The notes under the pieces are model-generated. The model saw nothing but the letters and a program-made list of their open reading frames with translations. It was not told where the DNA came from and did no database searches. Source: Antedon mediterranea (lineage: Eukaryota > Animalia > Echinodermata). From it: a stretch of 64,000 nucleotides of DNA. The position numbers and the translations under genes are program-made. This document shows, piece after piece, positions 52,801 to 63,635 of this stretch. The stretch's first letter is position 1. Each line of letters opens with the position of its first letter. The stretch spans positions 4,898,001-4,962,000 of the forward strand of contig NC_092671.1 in the NCBI RefSeq assembly GCF_964355755.1, in the 5' to 3' direction.

Positions 52801-55800
52801 TGTTTCCATCTAATTATTAGTAAGCAAAACAATCATAAAATTAAAACCTTGTTCATTTGTGCCTCACCGTGAATTCTATATTTAAAACTAAACATTATTT
52901 GCATCAGTATCAATCAGTAGAGCTATGAAACTACTATGTACCTACCTATAGTAAATTAATCTAGCTTAGCCTTAGAGCCAGGAAATGACAACTGCTATAC
53001 AGTAGCGCCCCACCCTAGTTGCAGTTAGAATCAGAGAAAGGAGCGTTTTGAATGACAAGTGACAGTTTTGTTTGGTCCAGTCCAGATTGCATGGAATGAC
53101 TAATCAGAATCTGTCGGTATTCTACTGTATTTAATTGTCAATTTTATTTATTCATTTTTGTGATATAACCTAGACCTAGCCTAGTACAGTAGTTAATAAC
53201 TAAGTCTAAATATGTTTTAACTAAATATAATAAAAGTTTTATAGCCCTATGTTTTAATGTACACTTTCAAGTGTATGTATGACCCACTCTACGACCCCCG
53301 GGAGAGGTGCGTCATTGTCCAATGTGCATCATACTGTACATTATGAACAACATGACGCACATGTGCATAACAAATATGACTTGCCTTTATTAAGCCTGTT
53401 TTCCTGTCGACGTTAGTCGACGCTATCATCGTTAATCGTTAAAAGTTCAACGACGATCGTTTGAAAACGATCAAGTTGAAATGTTAACGATAGCGCGAAC
53501 ATTTGATTTCTAGCGTTGAACGTTAGAGTTGAAACTCCTGTCTTCCTTCTCGACGTCGTAGTAACGCGCATTTTATAGTAACTTTGGTAAGGCTAGGCCT
53601 AGCTTTGACCGCGCCGCGATGCAACAAAAATAAATGTAGTAAGCAGAATTTGCCATCAATTATGTGACGTCATGTGCTGTATCGCCATGATGATTGGTCA
53701 GTTCTTACGTTTTAGCGTTGCGATATCGCTAGAGTTGAAATGGATTCAACTCTTGCGATTGTCAACGATCGCGACTTGTAGCGTCGACAGGAAAACAGGC
53801 TTTAGGTGACCATGACGCGCCAATTTTGATGCACTGTGAATATGTTTATTATGTTATTAGTTAGGGGGTCAAGCTTAAAGTATCATACTTATTTGACCTC
53901 CTTTCACACTTCTTTGTTTGTTTTTTTAAGTACAAGTATCTCTATATATTCTTTTTTAATTAGATTGATTACCTTACTGTTTATTACTATGATACTGTTA
54001 TCATTGTTTCACTTTACTTGTACTATTTTTAAAGTGTGAAAAATTGAATAAAAGTAAGAAAAGAAAGAATGATATGGTGGCTGGTAAAGTGGTGGACATT
54101 GACACTACACCATCGTTCATTGATGTGGTGTACCATCTACTGTAGGTTTTTTGAAGTAAATAATTATTTGTAAATGACACACCCATGACGCACCTACCTC
54201 GGGAGTCGTATAGCCTAGTGGGTCATACAATAGTCAAGTGCATTATAATTTACATTTTTCAATCAAAATTAAAAAATGAGTTTCCTCAATGTGTGCAAAT
54301 CGATATTATAGGCCAACCAAGCCTACTGTAGTTAGGCCTCTAGGGGTCATTCCATGTCAGATCACCCAATGGTAAACACCCTACTGTCTCGGATTTTAAT
54401 GAAAATTGGTACAGGTGGTTATTAGCCTAAAAAAAGCTTAAATATAAAATTTTACGTAATTCAGAAAAACGGATTAAAAGTTACGGGCTGGACAAATTGT
54501 GGAAAAAACGCAAAAAAACGTAAAAATGGGTGCGGCCGCCAATTTTCAAAAGACCATAAAACAAGAACTACAAGTCCAATTAAAAAAAAATAAACAGTAT
54601 GGGAAAGGAAATGCCCCAAATATTCCAAATTTGTTATCAGAATTGTAGTAGAATGTCTTAAAATATATTTGACCTTTTGATATATAAAATGACCCCCGGT
54701 TTGACCTTGTGGAACGTATATTTTTTTAATGTCATTACTTTTTTTTAAAACTATAAAGTGGTATTTATAACATATGTAAAATTCTAAGATGTCTTTTACC
54801 TCATTTAGAAGATATAGTTATATCATGTTGTCTGGGTTTGTGTTTTGTATCAATCTATGTGTTAATTGATATACCAGGAGGATATTGATGAAGTAGAATA
54901 CTGTACAACAAGCAATGGGTAACAACAGACCGCACAACATTAATAACAGTGAAAAAGTATTGAAGAATGCGGTGATGAGCTAGCTGACCAAATGAAGCTA
55001 ACAAGGCACCAGTTACTGTTGCTGAAGCTCAGGGGTCATTTATCCTTTGCAGGAGATAGTAACTCAAAGATGATTTTGCTGAAAATTACGCTTTTGTCAT
55101 CCAAGATGAAATAAAAAGCTTTCACTGGAAAAACAAACAGGCAACACTGCATCCATTTGTAGCATATACAGATGTGAGGTGGATGGAAATTTATCTAATT
55201 GCAATACACTCAACAACAACAGTGTGGATTTTCCAAAAAGTTGTTTTAAATCATTTGAAGGGTAAATTTTACGAAATAAAGAAGGTTCACTACTTTACCG
55301 ATGGATGCGCAGGTCAATATAAAAATAAGTCCAATTTTATCAATCTATGCAATCACAAACATGATTTTGATTTCAATGCCGAGTGGAACTTTTTCGCCAC
55401 ATCACATGGGAAAAGTGAATGCGATGGAATTGGGGGGACATTACAACGACTGGTAACCAAAAAGAGTCTAAAACGTCCATATCATAATCAACTACTAACA
55501 TCAATAGACATGTTTAATTTCTGTGTTGAAAACATTCCTGGTATCATTTTTTTTCATTTATGGGAAATGACTATTTTACCTTTCTATTTACTTATATTGT
55601 TCTATGTAAAAGGGTCCTACAAAAAAACAAAGCTACAGCTTTTTTATGCAGGATCCTTGTTATCAGTTGTATTGCAATTATGTTGTAATTGATGACTAAA
55701 TAAATGTGGAATAAATTGAAATTTCATCCAAAGAAATTAAAGAATCTGTAGCTCGACTGAAATCTCGATTTTCTGAAGCCAAAACCATCAAAGGCACCCT

Positions 55801-57280
55801 TCAACTGCACAGATTTGTACCGCAACAAGATGGTTCTCTTATGGTATACAAGTGCACAACAAGATGAACCAAGGAAAGTAAACGTAACAAGCTGCCCATC
55901 AACATCTACTACATTTGCACGAGAAGTTCCACAATATGCAATTTCTCAAAATCATTTTGTGGCGTGTTTGTATGATGGTGTGTGGTGGATTGGGATGGTG
56001 CTGGATGTCATGTCAGCTGAATTTGGTGACTAAACAGTACTTTAAATCATTTATGCATCCTCCTGGTCCTTCAAAAAATGTCCATTGGCCAGATAAAGCT
56101 GATGGATTGAAGAATCAAGTGACCTATGTCTTATTGATGCACCATCACTAACATCATCATCAAGTAGGAATTTACAGTATATCAAAACAAGAAGAAGATG
56201 CAATATTGACTACTTTCAACAGGAATGATATCTTTCAATAAAACATTTATAGAGGCAATGTAAAATATAACTGATTAAACATGTTAAACACTGTTTTTCA
56301 CATAGAATTTGTTTGATGTGCAATTTTGAAAGCCTATAAAATAGAACTGGTACAAAAGACATCTTAGCTTTATCTAACATTTTACAGGCAAGAAGTGTGA
56401 AAATATAAAAATTAATATTTTAACATTATAATTTTTGTTCCACAGGGTCATGGCAAAGGTCAAATTATAGGTCAATAGAACATTTTAAGGGAAATTTATA
56501 AGAGTTAATTCTGATTGCAGATTTGGAATCCTCCTTAAATGGCCATTAATTTGTTACTTGTTTCATTAAAATCGGACTAGTAGTTTTGAAAATATTCACG
56601 TTTTAAAATCGACGGTCTCGCGATATTTTGCTCTTTTTAACGATTTTCGGCCATTTTAAATTGCCCGTAACTTTTTAACGGTTTGTCCGATTTGAATAAA
56701 ATTTGAAATTTTGGAATTTTTCATAGTGATTACCATATATTTCAAATTTGATCAAAATCTGAGATGGTGAGGTGTAAATTTTGGTTTTTTTTGGGTGATT
56801 TGACATGGAATGACCCCTAGGCCTAGTTTAGGCTAGTTAGAAGTTTAGGCCCTGCAAACTACTCTTTTTTTGGACAGCTCATCAGTCAGCTGAGATTAAT
56901 AATTAATAAGCAAACCTCCAACGATTAAAAATAATAAACAAGAAAACCATAATCAATTGGACTTTTAAAACACGATTGAATGGACCGAAACATCTCATGG
57001 GGCGAAACGTCCCAAGGCGAATCATATCAGGGCCGAATTATCCTGCGTACACTGTAGCCTGCAGCAGGCGAACGCCTAGCTAGGCCTAGCCTGGCGATAT
57101 GATAGCCGATGATTCAGTTATGGTTTCTAACAGCTTCTTCTTTTTTGGTATACACATAATACTCATATACTATTTAAAAAACTATAATCACCATAGGCCT
57201 AGAAATAATTAAAAACTTACGATAGAAGCTTCGTTTGGTTCCTGAATTTCAGAAGTCACACTCGCAGTTGTTTCCGCCAT
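43842..57280 (-). CDS. CASC3: CASC3 / MLN51 / Barentsz, exon junction complex subunit (spliced gene span, 11 exons, ~1121 aa)
   Basis: Exons 57280-57221, 52809-51925, 51778-51672, 51133-50972, 50411-49276, 48906-48872, 48251-48152, 47610-47383, 45319-44904, 44311-44105 and 43871-43842 are all phase-consistent (3366 nt). SELOR/Btz motifs NPQFVPKQGLFFMHDDR and KKLWDDKGKWGHDRF...YGYDIR. RFSSQR motif. C-terminal GATYYSP...PPRRQPQPVRIEAPP as in vertebrate CASC3. Confidence 0.93.
44105..44311 (-). CDS. CASC3: CASC3 exon with conserved C-terminal motif
   Basis: GATYYSPE...PPRRQPQPVRIEAPP; donor GTAAGT. Confidence 0.9.
44708..44852 (-). mobile_element. tRNA-derived SINE
   Basis: Reverse complement GTGGAGCTGTAGCTTAGTG...GGTTCAA (A/B boxes); matches the 8579 copy. 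Confidence 0.6.
44904..45319 (-). CDS. CASC3: CASC3 Pro-rich exon
   Basis: ORF 44889-45287 with HPRPAQG repeats; AG/GTAAGT boundaries. Confidence 0.88.
45540..47133 (-). mobile_element. Helentron-associated non-autonomous element (HINE / DINE-1-like)
   Basis: On the - strand: 5' subTIR TAGGTGATCATTT followed by its inverted copy; 3' subTIR, then stem-loop AATTCGTCA-AAG-TGACGAATT, then CTAGTT; T-rich flanks. Confidence 0.7.
47383..47610 (-). CDS. CASC3: CASC3 exon (Pro/Ser-rich)
   Basis: YQGQVYRSDGTPPP...LPVQ; ttccAG / GTAAGT. Confidence 0.85.
48152..48251 (-). CDS. CASC3: CASC3 exon
   Basis: GGNRPHRFSSQRPP...YYEP. Confidence 0.85.
48534..48856. mobile_element. P-element-type MITE (323 bp)
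   Basis: Perfect ~31-bp TIR CAAAGAACTTATAACACAAGAATCTCCTGTTC, exact 7-bp TSD GTTATCT. Confidence 0.85.
48872..48906 (-). CDS. CASC3: CASC3 35-bp exon
   Basis: tttttcAG / AGG|GTTAGT; required to reconcile phase 1 to phase 0. Confidence 0.7.
49276..50411 (-). CDS. CASC3: CASC3 large RG/RD-rich exon
   Basis: 1136-nt open frame containing RGRGRGG; contains most of ORF 49217-50221. Confidence 0.9.
50972..51133 (-). CDS. CASC3: CASC3 exon: SELOR/Btz part 2
   Basis: KKLWDDKGKWGHDRFNLDEQGPK...YGYDIRE. Confidence 0.95.
51672..51778 (-). CDS. CASC3: CASC3 exon: SELOR/Btz part 1
   Basis: EDTENPQFVPKQGLFFMHDDR. Confidence 0.93.
51925..52809 (-). CDS. CASC3: CASC3 exon 2: acidic N-terminal region with tandem repeat
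   Basis: 885-nt open D/E-rich frame including PVRRRRGVSSDGEE; AG/GT boundaries. Confidence 0.88.
52426..52655 (-). repeat. Coding 36-bp tandem repeat (~6 copies; EEVVSAATDDCK)
   Basis: acaatcatctgtggcagcactaactacctcttcttt starting at 52441, 52477, 52513, 52549, 52585 and 52621. Confidence 0.95.
53274..54232. mobile_element. hAT-like non-autonomous element (host of a nested MITE)
   Basis: TIR TA(T)TGTATGACCCACT...GGTGCGTCAT; 8-bp TSD TTCAAGTG/GTCAAGTG (1 mismatch). Confidence 0.6.
53393..53801. mobile_element. PIF/Harbinger-type MITE
   Basis: TIR AGCCTGTTTTCCTGTCGACG, TSD TTA; a truncated relative starts at 1291. Confidence 0.8.
54880..56230 (+). pseudogene. Degenerate DDE transposase (Sola2-like)
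   Basis: Frameshifted ORFs 55174-55692, 55815-56033 and 55915-56151; interrupted by an insertion at 55558-55721. Confidence 0.8.
55558..55721 (+). mobile_element. Retroposon 3' tail inserted in the transposase
   Basis: TTTCAT duplication on both sides; GGGTCCT...AGGATCC stem, AATAAA and TTGAA tail; related copy at ~19620-19790. Confidence 0.6.
57221..57280 (-). CDS. CASC3: CASC3 exon 1
   Basis: aaaATGGCG start (MAETTASVTSEIQEPNEASI), donor GTAAGT, phase 0. Confidence 0.75.
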
Positions 57281-57284
57281 TTTC
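57274..57284 (-). promoter_or_regulatory. YY1-type motif (AAAATGGCGG) overlapping the CASC3 start codon
   Basis: ccgccatttt on +; typical of housekeeping gene 5' ends. Confidence 0.4.
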
Positions 57285-57388
57285 GTGAAACACGCGTAAC
57301 TAATCAGTGGTTGCCAGGCTAATCAGTATATAGACCAAATTCTGCTCCTTTAACATTTGACTTTTTTTTAAATGTAATGGAAATATTA

Positions 57389-58600
57389 GGGTCATTCTTC
57401 AGTAGGCCTAAATGTCTAAAATCGTGTCCCGATACTTTGGTGGGATAGAAACTGAAAATTCATCTTTAAAATTAAAAATTCTTGACTTATATAATAATCA
57501 ACATCGTAAATATAAACCAAAGATAATAACATTGATATTGTTAATTTTTATAAAAATGTTTCAGGCAACCCCCTAAAACCTCATGTCCCGATCGTACATC
57601 TTCAATTTAATGATCGCCATATATATTTGATAACAGGACTTTTGTTATTGAAAATATTAGTTAATCATGATTTCATGCGATTTTATTCTTCAAAATACAT
57701 CTCTACATACAATAAATCTCAAACTTTAAAGTTTTTGTTTTGAAAAAGCTTGTCCCGCAGTTTTGTGTCATATCCGTCACATAATTTAAATGTGCCGTCT
57801 ACAGGTTAATGAACGGCGGGGTAAAACATTGATTGTGCGTTGTAAACCTGCGAAGATATTGAAATAAAACTAGCCGCACATTATTTTCAATAAAAGATGA
57901 AAAAGACTAATAAAACGAGGTTTTAGAGTTACAGTTGCGTACCTTTATTCAATGTCATATCCGTCACATTTCTCAATGTTTCGTTGTGACGGAGATGAGG
58001 GCCAGTGATGGATATGACTTTTTGTTATTGCCAGGGCCTTTTTTGTTGTGCATTTTGTTTTGTATATCTTTATTATGTTATTACATTGTATATTTATGTG
58101 ACTCTGGTCAATAAACATATTCAAATCATATCTTAAAGTCATTTCCGTCACATGATTTTTGAGGTTCGTCATATCCGTCACGGTTTCATCAACGTCACAT
58201 GGATATTTTATCCTTTTAAATCCTAAAATATTTCAGTAATGAACGCAATTATGTGGTATAATTGAAATATAAGATATATTCTTCTACTATGTCAATGGTT
58301 AGTAATATTAATTCAACAGAACATACTATTTTCTGAAAATTATTATTTTTTGGAATTATAATAGTAAATTTTTTTGAACGTATATTTTTCTATCTTCGTA
58401 TATTTCATAAATGTGACGGATTTGACAGGAACATAGAACCATGTATTTATAAAATACGAATAAAATACGAAATATATAATAAATATTGCGCCAGTAATAC
58501 ATGTTCATTTATCTGAATACACTTTTAAAATCTAAAAATGCAAGTTTTAAAATCGATTTTTTTATAAACCTCAAATTAGACACTTACTGAAGAATGACCC
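57389..58600. mobile_element. Non-autonomous Sola2-type element
   Basis: TIR GGGTCATTCTTCAGTA, exact 4-bp TSD ATTA, internal ATCCGTCAC repeats, no coding capacity. Confidence 0.8.
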
Positions 58601-59310
58601 ATTAATGACGTGACATTCGAGTGTGAAGATGTAAATAATGTTTACAATTTTGTTGAATATGCAGTTTTAATGTCACATAATAGGTACCCACTTTTAACAA
58701 AAATTGGATCCAAACAAAATTTATTTACATGAAAAACTGTAAGTTAAATCAAAACAACAATACTCCAAAACCGTAAGGGTCAAATTGGCTGCCATCCAAT
58801 GGATTTTTGGTTGAATTTAACCATTTATTCTGCTATTTTATAAGTGAAGTAATTATGACCTATTCAAAATGATGCATTTTTTAAATTATTATGTCACATT
58901 GTAATGTCAATAGGCCTATCCCTTTTTTCTAATATTTTATCATGTGATTGTTTTATTTATGGAGTTTTTATATACAATTGGGAACTTCAGCCACCATGTG
59001 AACAAATAAAGTTGATTTGAATTGAAATAGTCAAATTTGTTATACATTAATTATTGTTTATCACAAAATGTAATTATTAGCTTAATTAGGATTAACAAAT
59101 AAGTATACACTACGTTTTAAATTAATTATAATATATTTACATTTTATTTCAGGTTACAAATATTTGGATTCTTATCAGATAAAAACAAAAGGTGACTTTT
59201 TTTTTTCATTTATTTTGTCTTTTAAAATTAGATTGTGAAATAATTATGTAGTCATATGCCCTAAAAAAATCCAATTTGTTCGTTTTTTACAATGAATAGG
59301 CCAATCACTA

Positions 59311-59498
59311 AGGCCAACTCAAACAACGTCGTACGACGCCTGACGAGTCGTCTACGGGGAAAGTTAAACATGTTTAATGTTCTCTCCCGACGACCTAAAA
59401 CCTACGACCAACGCTATCCGGGACGCTATCTCAAGACGACTCGTCGGGATTCAACTCAGACAGCACCGACACGATCAAGACGTTTCAAGAGTTGGCCT
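59311..59498. mobile_element. Small MITE (Harbinger-like)
   Basis: TIR AGGCCAACTC...GAGTTGGCCT; internal ACGAC/GTCGT repeats. Confidence 0.55.
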
Positions 59499-60259
59499 TT
59501 ACAAAATTTTCTGGTCAATTGGATATAATGCCGGTTATTTGGAAATCTGTACCGTTCAATAATATGCCTATTGGAAAGGCAATGAATGTTTACACAAACA
59601 CATAAAATAAGGAGTACCTGTATTCCTCTCTCTTCTGTAAATACTGAAACAATACACCGTCGGCAAAAATAGGGAGACGATCCGAAATTGTGTAGGCCTA
59701 ACATGAGTCGTACGCGAAACGACGCAAAAATTTGGAAATGTATGTCGTGCATACGTCTGACGTAAATTACCCTGCACTTATGGCAAACCCTTCTTTAGAG
59801 GCCAGATGTCCTATAGGCCTACGCAAAAAAGTGTTTTTAAACTAGCATTTTTTAATTTCTTTCCACAATATTCATATTCAGGCTTTACCAGGCCTGCATG
59901 ATGTTTCTCACATGTACTTTCAAATTACTCTTTTATGTAAATTTACCACAAATGTACAACCATTATCGGTATGTACCATCACATGCTGCTCTAATACGGT
60001 ACAGCATCTTCTACAAACCTCTTTTAGGACGATCAAAGTATATTGATCGAAACGCCGAGAAACTCAACAGTTCTTTTCAGAACTAATACACGTGGTGTAC
60101 CGCAAACTTTATATCAACATTTGATTTCGCCATGCAAACCTTCAAACAATATATAACAAACTTCTTTAAATGTCCACAGTCTTTATACGGGAATACATGG
60201 CTTCTCTCCTGTGTGTGTATTCTCAATTGACTGTTTCTCCACATTGATTGTAACGATAA

Positions 60260-60667
60260 AGCCCGGCGCACACTAGAGCTTTCGGCTGAGCCAACTGGCA
60301 CGAGTAACACTTGGCTCACTAAAAAATTTGCCGCAAACTGTGATCGCGTTCTATCGGACGCACACTAAACGCCTCCAGTACGCGATTTTCTGATTGGATA
60401 ATTACTTACTATGCTATACGGCACGCGCTGAAATATCATAATAAATCAGAAAATGTCATGCGCAGTGGAATTTTTTAGTGAGCAGGAAGCTCACGTTCGG
60501 CGCACACTTGAGGAAAATGGCACGCGTGCCAAAAAATATTAAACACGATAGATATTTTCCTCAGCGGCACGCGTGGCCGATTCCTCACGAAATCCCCGGC
60601 GCACACTGTGAGGCAAGTGTTACTCGTGCCAGTTGGCTCAGCCGAAAGCTCTAGTGTGCGCCGGGCT
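60260..60667. mobile_element. PIF/Harbinger-type MITE
   Basis: ~54-bp perfect TIR AGCCCGGCGCACACTAGAGC...; flanks TAA/TAG. Confidence 0.8.
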
Positions 60668-62074
60668 TAGGCGCTCTCCAGTATATATTTTCACGTGTGA
60701 ACTCAAATTTATACTTTGCTTTGGATACTTAACAAAAGATTACAAGATAGCATAGATATTATATCACATGAAAATGTTGTAAGATGATAAATATTAAATT
60801 AACAGATAGAGTGAGTAACGTTAAAATATACGAGGTAACAAAAAAGAATGAAGTCAAAGAATTAAACGAAAAAGAATAAAATGTATGGACACATAATGCT
60901 CGAAGATAGCCAAATCAAACAAACAAGATAACTGGATGAACCAAATATTTTTTTTAAAGTGTAAAAGGCCGGAAACAAATGTAGACATTAACACAACAAA
61001 TGGGAGGAGGAAGCATAATGTCTAAATGACAGAAAAGGTTTAAGAGTAGTTATACTTTCAACTCATTCCTATTTTTGAATTTAAACCCATTTCTCCGCTA
61101 TACATCATTAAATATCGTTTTATTTCTTTATTATTTTTAATATCAACACACAACACAATGTTCACACTGGTATAGCTTTACACATGTGTTAACTTTTTAG
61201 ATACATTCATTTGGCAGAATCCAGAACCAAAAAAATGAAGAAACTATACATCAATTATGAATGTGAATTTATTCTTAAAGTAGCAGTCCTCTAAAATTAT
61301 TATTACTTTTAAATTTATCTATACAGTGTTTACCTTCAAAAGGTGTCTCTACTGTATGAAATTTTTAAGTCGCTATGATTTGATTTAGTTACAGTGGTAC
61401 GACCTATGCCAGAATTGCTAGCATATGTACGTACGTGGGCATTTGTTTGAAATTTCTTTTCACAATGTTTAAGTTTGTATGGTGTTTCTCTCGCAACTAT
61501 TTGAACCAATAGTATGTACTTTAATTTTATCGTTCTTAATCATTCATGTTTATCTTATTTTATTGACCTTTTGGGGAAATAAAATTATTCTCCATATTTG
61601 CTTAATTATTATTAGTGGTTCTATTGTAATTAAAGTTAAAATGTACCCGCTGTGCCTCCTCCGTTCAATCTTGTACTTCTCAACCCTAGAAATAAAGCCT
61701 ACTTGCTTACCAAGTCTAATTGCCTTCACGTGAAACATGGTTTTGATTGAAAATTTAGATGTTATGTATTATCATTTTTGTTTCGTCATTTGTTTCAGTA
61801 AAAATAAAATCTCCGTATAGTTTTCCTTCGAGTCCTATATTACATTAGGCCCTACCTGACGGTCAATGACAGCAGCGACAGTGTGTGGGTTTGGTCGTTA
61901 TATGCGTTTCACCATGCTGCTCATAATATCATCATCCTCACCACGTTCGTACTTTTGTCTTCATCGCCATGTCATATTGGGTATCAAATTGTTCAATCAA
62001 CACTGCGTGGAACACTGTGCTCATCACAAAATGTCCTATTTATTATCCTCTCCTCATATTATGGGTCAACTATA

Positions 62075-62452
62075 ATCAGGGTACCTTGCGATCTCTCCAG
62101 GTATGCTACAATAATGGGTTAAGAATGTTGTTGCAAAGGCCTCGAAATTGTAGTGCCAGCCTCATGTTTACGGAATGTAAAATTCTATCTTTTTATGAAT
62201 TGTTAAGAAAATCGATATAGGCCTAGACCTATGGCCTTATGTGTAGACTCAATTCAAGTGAAAATGTTTTAGTCTCAAAGATTATAGGCAATGTCTTATA
62301 ATTATAAGTCAAAGATGCTCTCCAGGTGGAATGCCATCCTGAGATGAGTAGTAGTAATTAGTACAGTCTTGTTTATTTTTAATTTATTTATATGTAATTT
62401 TACTTTCTATGGACCAGAGATTCCCAATAAAAGATTGAATGAATGAATGAAT
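62075..62452 (+). mobile_element. 3' fragment of an L2/CR1-group LINE
   Basis: LQVCYNNGLRMLLQRPRNCSASLMF...SFYELLRKSI(Y)GLMCRL ORF2 C-terminus, then AATAAA and (TGAA)n tail. Confidence 0.7.
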
Positions 62453-63635
62453 ATCATCATCATGATCATCATCATCGTCGTCGTTTTGCATTGCATCGAT
62501 GAAATTATATTGTTTAAAGGTTTGTTGAGAACGATCAAAGTAGGCTATATTATTTGAAACGTCGAGAAACTCAACAGCTTTTCAGAACTATTTTGCATAT
62601 ACAGTGCGTGGTCGATGTCATGATTCGTTTATAAGTCAATAAATAAAACCGTAGACATGTATTTGTATTTTCTGTATCATTTTATTTGGAAAATCTTGTG
62701 TAGATGTAAAAGTATACAATATTAAACAGTTTAGGTTCATAAAACAAACTATTAAAATCATTAGTCCTCAATGATTCGTCGGTGACACCACTGTGACACT
62801 AACTAAACGTAATCAATAATCAATACAATACAAATAATATGATGTGACTGCAGAATACTCACGAACGTAAAATGTATTTTGTTTTCACGAAGAGTCACCA
62901 ATGCTAGCATACTAGTTAATTAATTAGCAATAACAAATTAGGCCTACACCTTTTAATAGCAGAATTGTCTATAGCTTTCAGATTTGGAAATAAAAAAAAA
63001 TTATATGTAAAAGCAAATGCATACCATATTAAACATATTACGTTAAATCAAAGAATCTAAAACTAAAACAGCAGTCCTCAATGTAGAAATATATTTCCCA
63101 TTATTCCCTAAATAGGGTTGTTGTTATTGAATCATTGTACTATCTTTCACGTTCTACTTTACATGATGCGTTATGTGACATTGGTCTGTCATGGACCAGC
63201 GTTAATTTTAAAAGCCATGAAATGAACATATTAGCCCTACTGGTAAGATTTAATGTATAGTCAGCGCAATTAAAGGTTAATTTATATTCTATGTTTTCCT
63301 TCTCTCACACCCTACCACCAACATTGCATCCGCCCCAGTGTATATGGCCTGAATTAACTACCGTAGGTATGATATATGTTTCTTCATTTTTTAAAATCTA
63401 AAACTGTATTCACGTATAGTAATTCAGACCGTTAAAACAACCAATATCCTGTTTTATATTTTTCTTCAGATTTGTTTGATCATAAAACTATTTACTATAT
63501 AAAATAGTAAGCGGGGAAAAGAAAGGAAAAGGAAAACTAAAACTATATGTTAATCAGATGGATCAGTCATCTTCATAAGGGTAACCTGATAATTTGCAAT
63601 TATTCATAATATAAAGTTTAAGAAGCTGGGGCTAC

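Larger units (their letters stand above)
54344..56816 (+). mobile_element. Sola2-type DNA transposon with decayed transposase
   Basis: TIR GGGTCATTCCATGTCA.ATCACCCAA, 4-bp TSD CTAG. Motifs DFAENY..IQDEIKSFHW, FTDGCAGQYKN, EWNFFATSHGKSECDGIGG. Superfamily assignment from memory of motifs. Confidence 0.8.

Noticed and set aside
52384-52813. Repetitive + strand ORFs (AALTTSSLQSSV; YLFFTIICGST)
   Set aside because: Antisense readings of the 36-bp CASC3 repeat
59153-59191. Possible 39-bp + strand micro-exon (tttcAG...AAG|GTGACT)
   Set aside because: No partner exons or homology; such signals are common in AT-rich DNA
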